DNA of 64,000 bases, from NCBI GenBank assembly GCA_964634565.1, contig CAZWLP010000006.1:6242-70241 (forward strand), read 5' to 3'. Below, piece by piece: positions 27,356-37,488 of the stretch. Position numbers and translations under genes: made by a program. Under the pieces are notes generated by a model. It searched no databases. It worked only from the letters and a program-made list of their open reading frames with translations, and was not told the DNA's origin. The DNA comes from an uncultured Rikenellaceae bacterium (GTDB taxonomy: Bacteria; Bacteroidota; Bacteroidia; Bacteroidales; VadinHA17). Numbering within the stretch: position 1 is the stretch's first letter; every line of letters starts with the position of its first letter.

Positions 27356-28351
27356 ATGAATACATTTGGAAAGCTTTTCAGGGTCTCTCTATTTGGAGAA
27401 TCACACGGACCAGCCGTAGGTGTAATGATAGATGGCTGTCCGCCGGGAATTGAAATTGCAGAAGAAGAGATATTGATGGAACTCGACAGGAGGAGGCCGG
27501 GTGCAAAAGGAACAACGCCAAGGCAGGAGCATGATATACCTTCTTTTATGTCAGGAATATTCAATGGCAGAACAACTGGTGCACCAATCTTAGTATCTAC
27601 AAATAATACCAATAAGGTATCCTCTGATTATGATAAGTTTATAAATATTCCCCGCCCTGGTCATGCGGATATGACTTCCCGGATTAAATACAGGGGTTTC
27701 TCAGACCCACGTGGAGGGGGCCATTTTTCGGGCCGCCTGACATGGGGCATCGTTGTAGCAGGTGTTTTTGCCAGAAAAATTCTGGGAAATACTTTAATCA
27801 ATGCTGCTGTGTCGGAAGTTGGAGGTTCAATAGATATTGAAGACGTAATAAAATCAGCACTTGCTGACAATGATTCTGTTGGCGGAATTATTGAATGTTC
27901 TGTAAAAGGTATTCCTGCAGGCCTTGGTGAGCCTTTTTTTATGTCGCTTGAATCGCAGATATCGGCCATGGTATTCTCTATACCTGCAATAAAGGGAATA
28001 GAATTCGGGTCTGGTTTCAAATCTGCCTCTATGAGGGGTTCAGATCATAATGATATGATAATTGATAAGGAAGGAACAACAGCTACTAATAATGCAGGAG
28101 GAATAAATGGTGGTATAAGTAATGGTAATGAGATTTACTTCAGAGTTGCTGTAAAGCCAACATCAAGCATATCCACGCCGCAGGAGACTGTTGATCTTGA
28201 GAAGGATGAGCTTGTTGAACTTAGGGTAAAGGGAAGACATGATGCTTGCATTGCATTGAGAATGCCGGTAATTATTGAGTCGGCGACGGCAATTGTCATG
28301 GCCGATCTCTTATTAACAGACAGGGGAATAAATGGTGAAAGGGAAATATAA
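27356..28351 (+). CDS. aroC: Chorismate synthase
   Basis: Start taken at the ATG at 27356 (MNTFGKLFRVSLFGESHG...). The GRHD motif is present. The ORF-track start at 27332 overlaps the end of aroA. Confidence 0.88.
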   Translation: MNTFGKLFRVSLFGESHGPAVGVMIDGCPPGIEIAEEEILMELDRRRPGAKGTTPRQEHDIPSFMSGIFNGRTTGAPILVSTNNTNKVSSDYDKFINIPRPGHADMTSRIKYRGFSDPRGGGHFSGRLTWGIVVAGVFARKILGNTLINAAVSEVGGSIDIEDVIKSALADNDSVGGIIECSVKGIPAGLGEPFFMSLESQISAMVFSIPAIKGIEFGSGFKSASMRGSDHNDMIIDKEGTTATNNAGGINGGISNGNEIYFRVAVKPTSSISTPQETVDLEKDELVELRVKGRHDACIALRMPVIIESATAIVMADLLLTDRGINGEREI

Positions 28352-28353
28352 TA

Positions 28354-29142
28354 ATGATTGAAAGAATATTAATTGCGGGTGCGGGGAAAATGGGGTCATG
28401 GCTGGCTGAAACTTTATGCCTGGATTATGAGGTGGGGGTATATGACACTAATCCTGACAGCTTAAAGTATCTTTTTAATACATATAGATTTATGGAGCCT
28501 GGAGAGATCAGTGACTTTAAGCCACAGATAGTAATAAATGCTGTCGGACTTAAGCAGACAGAGCAGGCCTTTGATACCCTTTTGCCGTTTCTGCCCGAGG
28601 ATTGTATATTATCTGATATTACATCCGTTAAGAACGGTCTGGAGGAGTATTATATAAAAAGTGGTCGAAGATTTGTATCCACTCATCCCATGTTCGGGCC
28701 CACATTTGGAAATATCAGGAACCTTAGCGACCAGAATGCTATTATTATTAAAGAATCGGACCCTGCAGGAAAGAAATTTTTTATGGATTTCTATGGCTTG
28801 CTTAAACTGAAAATATTTGAATATAGTTTCGTTGAGCACGACCAGATAATTGCATATTCTTTATCTGTCCCTTTTAGTTCGACGATAGTATTTTCGGCCT
28901 GTATGAAAAAACTGGAAGTTCCGGGAACCACATTTAAGGCCCACCTGGATATAGCCAGAGGTTTGCTTTCGGAAGATGATGATTTGCTAAGCGGAATCTT
29001 ACTCAATAAATATTCCATAGGTAAACTTCAGGAGATCATGAAAAGACTGGAAGATCTTATTTCAATGCTGGAAAACAATAAGGAGGACGAGCTGCATCAG
29101 CTTTTCGACAGGCTGCGCGTTAATATTGGAGTAGCCAGCTGA
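28354..29142 (+). CDS. tyrA: Prephenate dehydrogenase
   Basis: 262 aa with a Rossmann motif IAGAGKMGSWLA and the STHPMFGP motif. Confidence 0.8.
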   Translation: MIERILIAGAGKMGSWLAETLCLDYEVGVYDTNPDSLKYLFNTYRFMEPGEISDFKPQIVINAVGLKQTEQAFDTLLPFLPEDCILSDITSVKNGLEEYYIKSGRRFVSTHPMFGPTFGNIRNLSDQNAIIIKESDPAGKKFFMDFYGLLKLKIFEYSFVEHDQIIAYSLSVPFSSTIVFSACMKKLEVPGTTFKAHLDIARGLLSEDDDLLSGILLNKYSIGKLQEIMKRLEDLISMLENNKEDELHQLFDRLRVNIGVAS

Positions 29143-30462
29143 TTATGCCATCTCCGATATTACAAGTACTCTGCTTGTAAGATCAGTAATGCAGAAACGA
29201 TTATCAATTCTGTAGCCGGCAACCCAGAATATTTTTTCGTCAGATAAAAAGATATTGATATCATTTTTCTTATTCAGTGGAATCTTCAGATCTACAAAGA
29301 AATCACTCAGTTTTTTCTTGCCTTTCATACCCAGAGGATAGAAGTAATCTCCTTCTGCCCATTTACGTATATTAAGGGGTAATTTTATCTTGTCATAGTC
29401 GAGGTATGCAGTATTTGGATCACCACTGATAGTAAGATCTGCAGCATCTACTACTTTTAATTTATACCTTCCGATATCCTGTATCTTATCAATAACCATG
29501 GTTTCAGATATATCTTGATTATGTATACTGATTCCTGATATTAGCAGCTCCTCCCTGTCTTTTAGTATAGTATGTGTTTTTGTGCTAATTTGTTTGCCCG
29601 GTGGGGCAGCAATAAGTTTTTTAAGTTCATCAATTCCATTAGCTCCTATTCCGAAGTCTTTGAAAAGTTCGTAGTAATAGAGATCTGATGGTTCTAAAAC
29701 TAATAAGTCATTTATCTTAACTGAGATATCACTATTGTTATTTACAAATATCCTGTCTCTGGCGATTTTGGTGTTTTTATCAATCACCTTCTGTACTTCC
29801 TCAAGTCGCATTATTGTAAGTTCCATAGAGGAAGAAAACGATGGATTCAGTTCTTTGAATAGTGGAATAATTTTATGTCTTATGCTATTTCTCTTATATT
29901 TTGTTTCAGTGTTAGATGAATCTTCGCGAAAAGTAATATTATTATCTGATGCATACTTTTCGATATCCTTTCTGCTTGCAAATAAAAGTGGTCTGGTCAG
30001 ATTCCCATTGGAAGGTTTAATACCCGTTAAGCCCCTTAGTCCGGTACCTCTAACAAGGTTGATAAAGAAAGTCTCAATAATATCATCCTGATTATGTCCC
30101 AGCAGAATTGAATCAAGTTTATTGGCAGATCTGACTTCCTCAAACCAATCATACCTGAGGTCTCTTGCTGCCATCTGAACTGAAAGACCATTTTGTTCTG
30201 CATACTGCATAGTATTGAAGGTTCTGACAAAGAGCTTTATGTTATTGGAAGAGCAATAATCTTCAATAAATTTCTGGTCGTTATCGGATTCCTTTCCCCG
30301 TAGTGAAAAGTTGCAGTGTGCAACAGATATTGAGTAGTTGAGTTGCCTGAATAAATGGAGCATCACCATAGAGTCTATTCCGCCGCTAACAGCCAGGAGA
30401 ATTTTATCGGTTTCTCTTAAAAGACTATTGCACTTAATATAATCTATCGTTTTTTCTAACAT
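29143..30462 (-). CDS. tilS: tRNA(Ile)-lysidine synthase
   Basis: 439 aa with the PP-loop SGGIDSMVMLH and a HNQDD-type motif. Its stop codon abuts the tyrA stop. Confidence 0.88.
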   Translation of the reverse strand: MLEKTIDYIKCNSLLRETDKILLAVSGGIDSMVMLHLFRQLNYSISVAHCNFSLRGKESDNDQKFIEDYCSSNNIKLFVRTFNTMQYAEQNGLSVQMAARDLRYDWFEEVRSANKLDSILLGHNQDDIIETFFINLVRGTGLRGLTGIKPSNGNLTRPLLFASRKDIEKYASDNNITFREDSSNTETKYKRNSIRHKIIPLFKELNPSFSSSMELTIMRLEEVQKVIDKNTKIARDRIFVNNNSDISVKINDLLVLEPSDLYYYELFKDFGIGANGIDELKKLIAAPPGKQISTKTHTILKDREELLISGISIHNQDISETMVIDKIQDIGRYKLKVVDAADLTISGDPNTAYLDYDKIKLPLNIRKWAEGDYFYPLGMKGKKKLSDFFVDLKIPLNKKNDINIFLSDEKIFWVAGYRIDNRFCITDLTSRVLVISEMA

Positions 30463-30531
30463 ACTTGTTAAAAGGAATATCTAATACAAAAATAGCTATT
30501 ATTTAGTAATGCAGGCAGCTGGCTGCAAAAA

Positions 30532-32484
30532 TCACCTGTAGTATATTATTTTTGGGGAGGTAGGATCAAAGGTTTTAGATTCGAGCAACTTCTCGCCTGA
30601 TATTTCGAAGTTTTTCGTTGTAGAATAAGGCGGACTAAATGGAAAATAGCTGAAGCGGAACTGAATTGTATTAAAGATCAGCTTATCATTTCTGATTCGA
30701 AGACCGAGACCAATTTCTGATACAAGGTTATTATTTAGTGTATATGTATTGTTGTTGGAAAATATTCCTAAATCTGTAAATCCATAAAATGCAAAGCGAA
30801 ATCCATATATATAAATAGGGGTGAATGATATGGTTTCGAGGTTTAGTATCAGTCGCTGTTCTGGTCGGATGGTATCGTTGGAAAAGCCTCTTATCCCGGC
30901 ATTATTGTTTATCCTGAGGTATTCATCATCAAAGCGGTTATATCCTCTGGTATATCTTAGACTTGCAAAATACCTGAAACGATATTTGCCCATCGTTGTG
31001 AGATTAGATATATAATTAGCTTCCATATCAAGGGCTCCCTGTTCTATGGACTCACCGTTATGGAAGAAACCTACCTGGGTATTTAAATAGAAGTATCCAA
31101 TTTTACCGGGAAAGTTAGCCATAGAAAGACCTAATCCATAATAGTTTCTTTTATTAAATTCATTGATCTCTCGTCCGAAGCTTAAGTAAAATTTACCCCC
31201 ATAGGCAATATCCTCTGTTCTGCCGTAGTTGTATATCAGGCTTGTCTTATAATAATTCTGTTTTACCAGCGATATGGATCCCAGAAGTACTCTGTATTTT
31301 TGCAATGAATAGTAAGAATTACTGGTAATCTCGGGTCGTTCATATACATTATTATTGATATATCGGCCTGATAGGATCAGTCTGGTCATATTTGATTTAT
31401 CAATCATAAAAGATCTGCCGAACCAGATATCAAGATTATTGTAATCCAGCGGCGCTCTTGTTTCCAGGGTATCAAGATCGCTGGAGGTAAATGTTTCTCT
31501 AATATTAAATCCGCCTGCATAGGTGGTGGTAGCCGAAATAAACTTCCTGTCCAGACTAAGTTCATAATATTCCTTTCCAAGTGCGTTGGAATAGGTTGCA
31601 GATGCATCTATCAATGATTTTGAGATATTTCTCATCTTATACGAAAACTGATAGCCTAAGCCATAATAATCTACATAGTAGTTATATGGAAATGATATAA
31701 CAAAATCATGGCCTAGCCCAAACAGGCTTCGCTCAAATATTTCAAGCATCCCTGACTTGGCTCCGCCAAACTCATAATTAAGTCCAAGGGAGTAAATATC
31801 TCTTGTAACAATATGTATATCAACCATTTCCTCGCTAACGGGAATCACAATTATTTTGGCATCATCAATAAATTTCAGTTTTCTGATTATTCTCTCAGAT
31901 TCGCTTAGTTCGAAAGGTGAAAATTTATCACCTTCCCTGAACATTAAATAGTTGCGAAGAACAAATTCCTTTGTTACGGGATGGGTCCTGTTCAGAAACT
32001 CTGAGAACCCTGTGGCATTATCAGACTCCGGTTCGTTAATATTTGTACCAAAGGGATCCAGTCTTTTAATTGTTATTTTCCTGATTACCTTACCTTCGCT
32101 ATCGCTGTAATCGTTGGAAACCTTTTCGCTGTGATCCAGGTAATTAGCCTCAGGTGGTAAAACTATGGCCAGGTCATATATTCTTTTAGTCAGAGATCTT
32201 CGGGAGGCTTTGGCCTGGAGCGAATCGTAGAAAACCTTTGTTCTCTGAATACTTTCAGGATCGTCGGGCAGAAGTGTATTGGAGAGGTATAATATGGTAT
32301 CGTGATTGAAATGATAGAGACTGTCGTAAAGAAATACATACGATCCCTTCTTTACTTTTAGCGGAACAAGTGATGAATTATTATTCTGAGAGAAAGTATG
32401 GGGTAAAACAAATAAGAGGATAACGACAAGCAATAGCGTTTCCTTCCTTCTTACTGACCAGAATATGATATTATTGATCAGCAT
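30532..32484 (-). CDS. Putative Omp85/BamA-family outer-membrane protein
   Basis: 650 aa with a signal/anchor. It has a POTRA-like segment (VIRKITIKRLDPFG) and a long Tyr/Gly/Asn-rich region of alternating beta-strand pattern. The assignment rests on this pattern only. Confidence 0.45.
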   Translation of the reverse strand: MLINNIIFWSVRRKETLLLVVILLFVLPHTFSQNNNSSLVPLKVKKGSYVFLYDSLYHFNHDTILYLSNTLLPDDPESIQRTKVFYDSLQAKASRRSLTKRIYDLAIVLPPEANYLDHSEKVSNDYSDSEGKVIRKITIKRLDPFGTNINEPESDNATGFSEFLNRTHPVTKEFVLRNYLMFREGDKFSPFELSESERIIRKLKFIDDAKIIVIPVSEEMVDIHIVTRDIYSLGLNYEFGGAKSGMLEIFERSLFGLGHDFVISFPYNYYVDYYGLGYQFSYKMRNISKSLIDASATYSNALGKEYYELSLDRKFISATTTYAGGFNIRETFTSSDLDTLETRAPLDYNNLDIWFGRSFMIDKSNMTRLILSGRYINNNVYERPEITSNSYYSLQKYRVLLGSISLVKQNYYKTSLIYNYGRTEDIAYGGKFYLSFGREINEFNKRNYYGLGLSMANFPGKIGYFYLNTQVGFFHNGESIEQGALDMEANYISNLTTMGKYRFRYFASLRYTRGYNRFDDEYLRINNNAGIRGFSNDTIRPEQRLILNLETISFTPIYIYGFRFAFYGFTDLGIFSNNNTYTLNNNLVSEIGLGLRIRNDKLIFNTIQFRFSYFPFSPPYSTTKNFEISGEKLLESKTFDPTSPKIIYYR

Positions 32485-32514
32485 AATGCCCTTTAAATTA
32501 AGTAATTAATAAAG

Positions 32515-33207
32515 TTATTTCTCCAGAACGTCATCCGAGTTAAACTGGAACCCAACCCTTTTCCCCGTTACTCCCTTTGAGTATTGAATTTTCGTTTGCA
32601 GCTGACCGACTGATGCAATCTTAACAGTATCATATGGCGGAACAAGTAAATCAAATTCCAGCGAGTACTGCATGGCTGTAAACAGTATTTTTTTCAGAGC
32701 TTCTCTTCCCACTTTTTCATTACCATAGTTTGAGAAAAGCATCCCCATCTGCCTTTTACCTTCAACAAAGTACTGGTCTTCCCAGTTTATAAATATTCTT
32801 CCAATCAGGTATCCCAGGTCTTCTGTTCTGGAATACTTAAAAGAGTCAGACAGGAAATTATATATATTTATTATACCAGAGTATGAGTTATTATGGTTTT
32901 TTTGGATGTACTTTGTTTTCCAAACAGGGTGATCGCGGTCGAATTCAAATACATTTGAATGCATACTGAATACGAGTATATCTCCGGCTATTTTAAGAGA
33001 AACATCAAACTTGCCGTTTTCCCTGTAAACGAGCCTGACTCTTTTGTCTGCTCCTTCCAGTTCGCGGTTAAACTCCCTGGTTATAGCTGCCAGTAACTTT
33101 CTAAGCTTATTAAAAGCTTCAGCAGTATTATCATATACCTTTTGCTTAAGTACAGATTTCTCCTGCAGCGTTTTAATAATTTCCGTCTTTTTTTCCGGAG
33201 CATTCAT
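32515..33207 (-). CDS. Hypothetical cytoplasmic protein
   Basis: 230-aa ORF with ordinary composition and no motif I recognise. Confidence 0.5.
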   Translation of the reverse strand: MNAPEKKTEIIKTLQEKSVLKQKVYDNTAEAFNKLRKLLAAITREFNRELEGADKRVRLVYRENGKFDVSLKIAGDILVFSMHSNVFEFDRDHPVWKTKYIQKNHNNSYSGIINIYNFLSDSFKYSRTEDLGYLIGRIFINWEDQYFVEGKRQMGMLFSNYGNEKVGREALKKILFTAMQYSLEFDLLVPPYDTVKIASVGQLQTKIQYSKGVTGKRVGFQFNSDDVLEK

Positions 33208-33231
33208 AGTATATTCCCTGATATAAAATTT

Positions 33232-34704
33232 TTAATATGCCCTTGCAAATATTACCCTTTTATTTGATCGTTTGCCGGAGTAAACGCATTTACCTTCCTC
33301 TTCCGTGGCATCAAATGGGATAAGCCTTATGGTTGCTTTTGTTTCCTCCTTAATTTTGTCTTCAGTCTCTCTGGTTCCATCCCAGTGAGCAGAAAGGAAA
33401 CCTCCAAGTTCGATCCTTTTCTTAAACTCTTCCCATGAGTTTACTTCAAAAATATTATTATCTCTGAATTTAAGAGATTTTAAGAAAATACTTTTCTGAA
33501 TCTCATCCAGTAGATTGCTAATATATGATGTAAGACCATCCAGAGAAACTGTTTCCTTTGTCAGAGTGTCACGGCGGGCAATCTCTACAGTGCCGTTCTC
33601 AATATCCCTGGGGCCAATTGCAATTCTGACAGGTACTCCCTTTAATTCATATTCTGCGAATTTGAATCCAGGCTTATGTGTGTCGCGATTATCATATTTT
33701 ACTGAAATACCCACTTTCTCAAGGTCTGATTTGATCTTTGATGCACTTTCGGAGATTTTATCGAGCTGACTGTCTCCTTTATATATAGGAACAATTACAA
33801 CCTGTATAGGCGCAAGGTTTGGAGGCAGTATCAATCCGTTATCGTCGGAGTGAGCCATTACAAGTGCTCCAATAAGCCTGGTTGATACACCCCATGATGT
33901 CGACCATACATGCTCAAGTTTTCCTGTCTTATCGGTAAACTGAACATCAAATGCTTTGGCAAAATTCTGGCCCAGAAAATGAGAGGTGCCTGCCTGCAAA
34001 GCTTTGCCGTCCTGCATTAGGGCCTCTATTGCCTGGGTCTCAATTGCTCCGGCAAATTTTTCTGCCTCCGACTTGGTTCCTTTCAGTACAGGTATACCCA
34101 TGTAGTTCTCAACAAAATCTGCATATAGATCGGTTATCATCCTGGTCTCAGTCTCAGCCTCCGATTTTGTTGCATGAGCCGTGTGCCCCTCCTGCCACAG
34201 GAATTCGGCTGTCCTGAGAAACAGTCTGGTCCTCATTTCCCATCTTACAACATTGGCCCACTGATTAATTAGCAGGGGCAGATCACGGTAACTCTGTATC
34301 CAGTTCTTATATGTATTCCAGATTATTGTCTCTGAAGTTGGCCTTACAATTAGTTCTTCTTCCAGCTTTGCATCAGGGTCAACAATAACACCCTTCCCAT
34401 CAGGGTCATTTTTCAGCCTGTAATGAGTAACCACAGCACATTCTTTTGCAAATCCTTCAACATGATTGGCTTCTTTGCTGAAAAATGATTTAGGAATAAA
34501 GAGAGGGAAATATGCATTCACATGTCCTGTTTCTTTGAACATCTTATCAAGTTGAGCCTGTACTTTCTCCCATATTGCATACCCATAAGGCTTAATAACC
34601 ATGCATCCTCTTACAGCAGAATTCTCAGCCAGATCTGCTTTGATTATCAAGTCGTTATACCACTGTGAATAATTATCTTCTCTTTTTGTAATAAAATCTG
34701 CCAT
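33232..34704 (-). CDS. proS: Proline--tRNA ligase (archaeal/eukaryote-like type)
   Basis: 490 aa. Class II motifs are present and the C-terminus ends ...VIFARAY, typical of this ProRS type. Confidence 0.92.
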   Translation of the reverse strand: MADFITKREDNYSQWYNDLIIKADLAENSAVRGCMVIKPYGYAIWEKVQAQLDKMFKETGHVNAYFPLFIPKSFFSKEANHVEGFAKECAVVTHYRLKNDPDGKGVIVDPDAKLEEELIVRPTSETIIWNTYKNWIQSYRDLPLLINQWANVVRWEMRTRLFLRTAEFLWQEGHTAHATKSEAETETRMITDLYADFVENYMGIPVLKGTKSEAEKFAGAIETQAIEALMQDGKALQAGTSHFLGQNFAKAFDVQFTDKTGKLEHVWSTSWGVSTRLIGALVMAHSDDNGLILPPNLAPIQVVIVPIYKGDSQLDKISESASKIKSDLEKVGISVKYDNRDTHKPGFKFAEYELKGVPVRIAIGPRDIENGTVEIARRDTLTKETVSLDGLTSYISNLLDEIQKSIFLKSLKFRDNNIFEVNSWEEFKKRIELGGFLSAHWDGTRETEDKIKEETKATIRLIPFDATEEEGKCVYSGKRSNKRVIFARAY

Positions 34705-34804
34705 CTGCTTTGGTATGGAATTTGTTAATTGTATATTAAACCAGCAATTTTAGTATTGCGCAAAGTAAATAAACTTAGTGATAATAAAAAAACGGGAGGA
34801 TATT

Positions 34805-35968
34805 ATGAAAGCAAAAATTTTACTCGGAACAATAGCAGGACTGCTGACAACAGCAGCTGTAACAATGGCCGCAGATCTTCCTGCTGATGCAACCTACGAC
34901 AGATTTGGACAGCAGGTTGTTGTAACAAAGCACTACAGGAACTATGATTATCATTATGCATCGAGGATAAACAGATTCCACAGATCTTATAATACATTCA
35001 GCTTTTATTCTCCTGTTTATACAGACTGGTACTGGTATACTTACCAGCCGGCTACATGGGGAGTAAGTATTTATGCTGGAGGAAGTGGCTTTGGATATGC
35101 TTACTCCTTCGGATACCCGGCATATAATAGAGGATATTATGATCCATGGAATAATTACGGATCTTATTACGGTGGATATTATGACTACTACCCAGGCTAT
35201 GCATATAATAGCTGGTACTATCCTCCAAGGTATAATGTAAGGATAAAGTACAGGGTAAATAACCATTATTATGCCTACAATAACTATCGCTATACAAGAA
35301 ATTATAATAATAGTCACAGGTACTATAGCGACAGGAATTACAGGAGTACTAGTAACAGGTATCCTGCAAGGGCAACCCAGACAGTCGGAAGAAGGACAAC
35401 TACAACTACAAGCAGCAGAAGTACTACAAATGTAGGCAATACAAACAGGACAAATACAAGGGTTAACCAGACCGGTGAAGTAAACAACCGCCAGAGAAAC
35501 AATACCGGCAATGCTAACAGGGTAAATAATAATAACAGGTATCACGACAGGAACCCTAATACAGGTAATAATAATAATAACAACAACAGGTATCACAACA
35601 GAAATCAGAATACTGGAAATAACCAGGGTAAAGTCGTAAACAGAACAAACAGTGTTAATCAGTCGAGAGTTAACAGAGTTAGTACTACCAGGCCCACCAA
35701 TAATCAGGGCAGAACTGTAACAAGATCTCAGACAAATACTACACGTACTACTGTAACTACACCGGCAAGGACCAGCACAAGAAAGACTGTCGCCACACCG
35801 GCAAGGACAAATAGTAACAGGGGAAGCAGTGTTACCCGGACTAATTCAACACATAAAACGGTTAAAGCTCCAACAAGGACTAATACTGTTAAGAAGAAGA
35901 GTACACCAGCAAGTAGCACAAAGAAGAGTTCTTCAAGCAAAACAACAAATAAAAAAGGCAGACGTTAG
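34805..35968 (+). CDS. Secreted low-complexity protein: Tyr/Asn/Gly-rich core plus Arg/Thr/Asn/Ser-rich basic tail
   Basis: Start taken at the ATG at 34805 (MKAKILLGTIAGLLTTAAVTMA, a signal peptide). The core reads YYDPWNNYGSYYGGYYDYYPGYAYNSWYY. The tail contains repeats (NRYHxRNxNTGNN twice; TVxTPARTxxxK repeats) and ends KKGRR. Confidence 0.65.
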   Translation: MKAKILLGTIAGLLTTAAVTMAADLPADATYDRFGQQVVVTKHYRNYDYHYASRINRFHRSYNTFSFYSPVYTDWYWYTYQPATWGVSIYAGGSGFGYAYSFGYPAYNRGYYDPWNNYGSYYGGYYDYYPGYAYNSWYYPPRYNVRIKYRVNNHYYAYNNYRYTRNYNNSHRYYSDRNYRSTSNRYPARATQTVGRRTTTTTSSRSTTNVGNTNRTNTRVNQTGEVNNRQRNNTGNANRVNNNNRYHDRNPNTGNNNNNNNRYHNRNQNTGNNQGKVVNRTNSVNQSRVNRVSTTRPTNNQGRTVTRSQTNTTRTTVTTPARTSTRKTVATPARTNSNRGSSVTRTNSTHKTVKAPTRTNTVKKKSTPASSTKKSSSSKTTNKKGRR

Positions 35969-35982
35969 TCTGCTTTTTTTTT
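35958..35982 (+). terminator. Rho-independent terminator
   Basis: gcagac (35958-35963) pairs with gtctgc (35968-35973), followed by nine T. The hairpin overlaps the stop codon. Confidence 0.75.
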
Positions 35983-36098
35983 ATGTCCGGATTTAAATTA
36001 TAAATCCAGATTTGTTTTGTATTATTAGACTGAAAAATTATTCAATATCTTGGTATGATATTTGATACTAATACTATAGAATATTAATTTCGGAGGTA

Positions 36099-37406
36099 AT
36101 GATGAAAACATATTTATATATAGCAATTTTATCCACTTTTATATTGAGCTCATGTTCGTCAGGCTTATATGTAAGTGGAGAATATGATGATTTATATTAC
36201 ACCCCTTCAGACAGGGTGGAATATGTGCAGACAGCAGAAATACCGCTTAATGCATATCAGTCTATTGATGCAATAGAAGATCAATATGCACTTGACACCC
36301 TGGTGGCTGATGAATATTTATATGATGGTGATTATGTTGACGATAAGGCTTATTCTGATGATTCCAAGGATGCCTTCGATTATTATGACAGATCATATAC
36401 TTCGAGTTTAAGCCGTTTTTATGGTAATTATTTTGATCCTTACTGGAGAGATCCTTACTACTATAATTATGGCTATCCTAGTTACAGTTTTTCATTTGGG
36501 TACAGACCTTTCGGATATTCTTCCAGCTTCTTTTATAGTCCTTATTCGTACTATGACAACTTTTACAATCCCTATTATAGAAGTTATTCGGGATGGGGCT
36601 ATTCACCATATTATTATAATAGCTACTATGGATTACCTTATTACTCTGTATACAACAATTCATATTATGTAAATAGTAGTGATAGATATTATAATACAAC
36701 TAATCAGCGTCGAAGAAGTTACAGTACTACCTCGCGTAACTATACAAGTTCTGCACGTTCAAAGGTTACATCGGTAAGCGGAGACAGAAGAGCTTCTGTA
36801 TCGGGTACTACCGGAAATGTAGCAAGCGATAGCAGAAGAACCAGCCTTGAGTCGACTTCTGTTAACAATACTTCCAGAGCGAATACTGCAGTAAGAAGTC
36901 AGGGAAGGACAGGAACCAGGGTTAATTCAACATCCTCATCTGCCCGTACAACTACTCAAAAACCTGTATATAATTCTACACAAAGAACATATAAGCCAAC
37001 ATACAATAATCCAAGGATGACTACCAGGCCATCTTATAATAACAGGGCTACTACTAACTCCAGGGTATCTACGCCTTCTAATGTAAGAAGCGTGACAAGG
37101 AGTAATGCGGGTAGTCAGAACAGGTCATCATACAATAGTTCAAATAGCTCAGTTAACAGGGCCCGATCTTCAGTATCCTCTTCAAACAGATACTCATCAC
37201 CGGCTAGAGTTAACAGCTCTTCGAGCAGGTCTGGTGTATCTGGTCGTGGGTCAGCGGTTAAATCATCAAGTTCTATTTCTTCCCGCTCGGGTACAGTCAG
37301 ATCTTCTTCAGGTAGTGGCTCGTCAAGGTCTTCCGCAGGACGATCAAGCACCGGTAGCAGTAGCAGGTCGAGCAGCTCAGGTAGCAGAACGGGTGGCAGA
37401 AGGTAA
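36099..37406 (+). CDS. Low-complexity lipoprotein: acidic/Tyr segment, Tyr/Ser/Pro-rich core, Ser/Arg-rich basic tail
   Basis: Lipobox MMKTYLYIAILSTFILSSC. The core reads RFYGNYFDPYWRDPYYYNYGYPSYSFSFGY...YSPYYYNSYYGLPYY. The tail of about 230 aa is rich in S/R/T/N and ends GGRR. The architecture parallels the upstream gene. Confidence 0.65.
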   Translation: MMKTYLYIAILSTFILSSCSSGLYVSGEYDDLYYTPSDRVEYVQTAEIPLNAYQSIDAIEDQYALDTLVADEYLYDGDYVDDKAYSDDSKDAFDYYDRSYTSSLSRFYGNYFDPYWRDPYYYNYGYPSYSFSFGYRPFGYSSSFFYSPYSYYDNFYNPYYRSYSGWGYSPYYYNSYYGLPYYSVYNNSYYVNSSDRYYNTTNQRRRSYSTTSRNYTSSARSKVTSVSGDRRASVSGTTGNVASDSRRTSLESTSVNNTSRANTAVRSQGRTGTRVNSTSSSARTTTQKPVYNSTQRTYKPTYNNPRMTTRPSYNNRATTNSRVSTPSNVRSVTRSNAGSQNRSSYNSSNSSVNRARSSVSSSNRYSSPARVNSSSSRSGVSGRGSAVKSSSSISSRSGTVRSSSGSGSSRSSAGRSSTGSSSRSSSSGSRTGGRR

Positions 37407-37488
37407 CAGAAAAATGTTTTATTAGTATTATGATTTATCCTCCATGTAGTAAAAAGGAGGTATAGGCGGGTACGTAAAATTAAAAAGA

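Noticed and set aside
34820-35596. 258-aa antisense ORF, plus other alternative-frame ORFs in 34803-37425 (for example 35052-35297, 35728-35940, 36421-36672, 36478-36699, 37105-37425, 37115-37351)
   Set aside because: They are artefacts of the strongly biased, repeat-rich composition of the two low-complexity genes. Their translations are Cys/Ile/Val-rich or otherwise low-complexity strings without start context. The sense frames have clear export signals and terminators.
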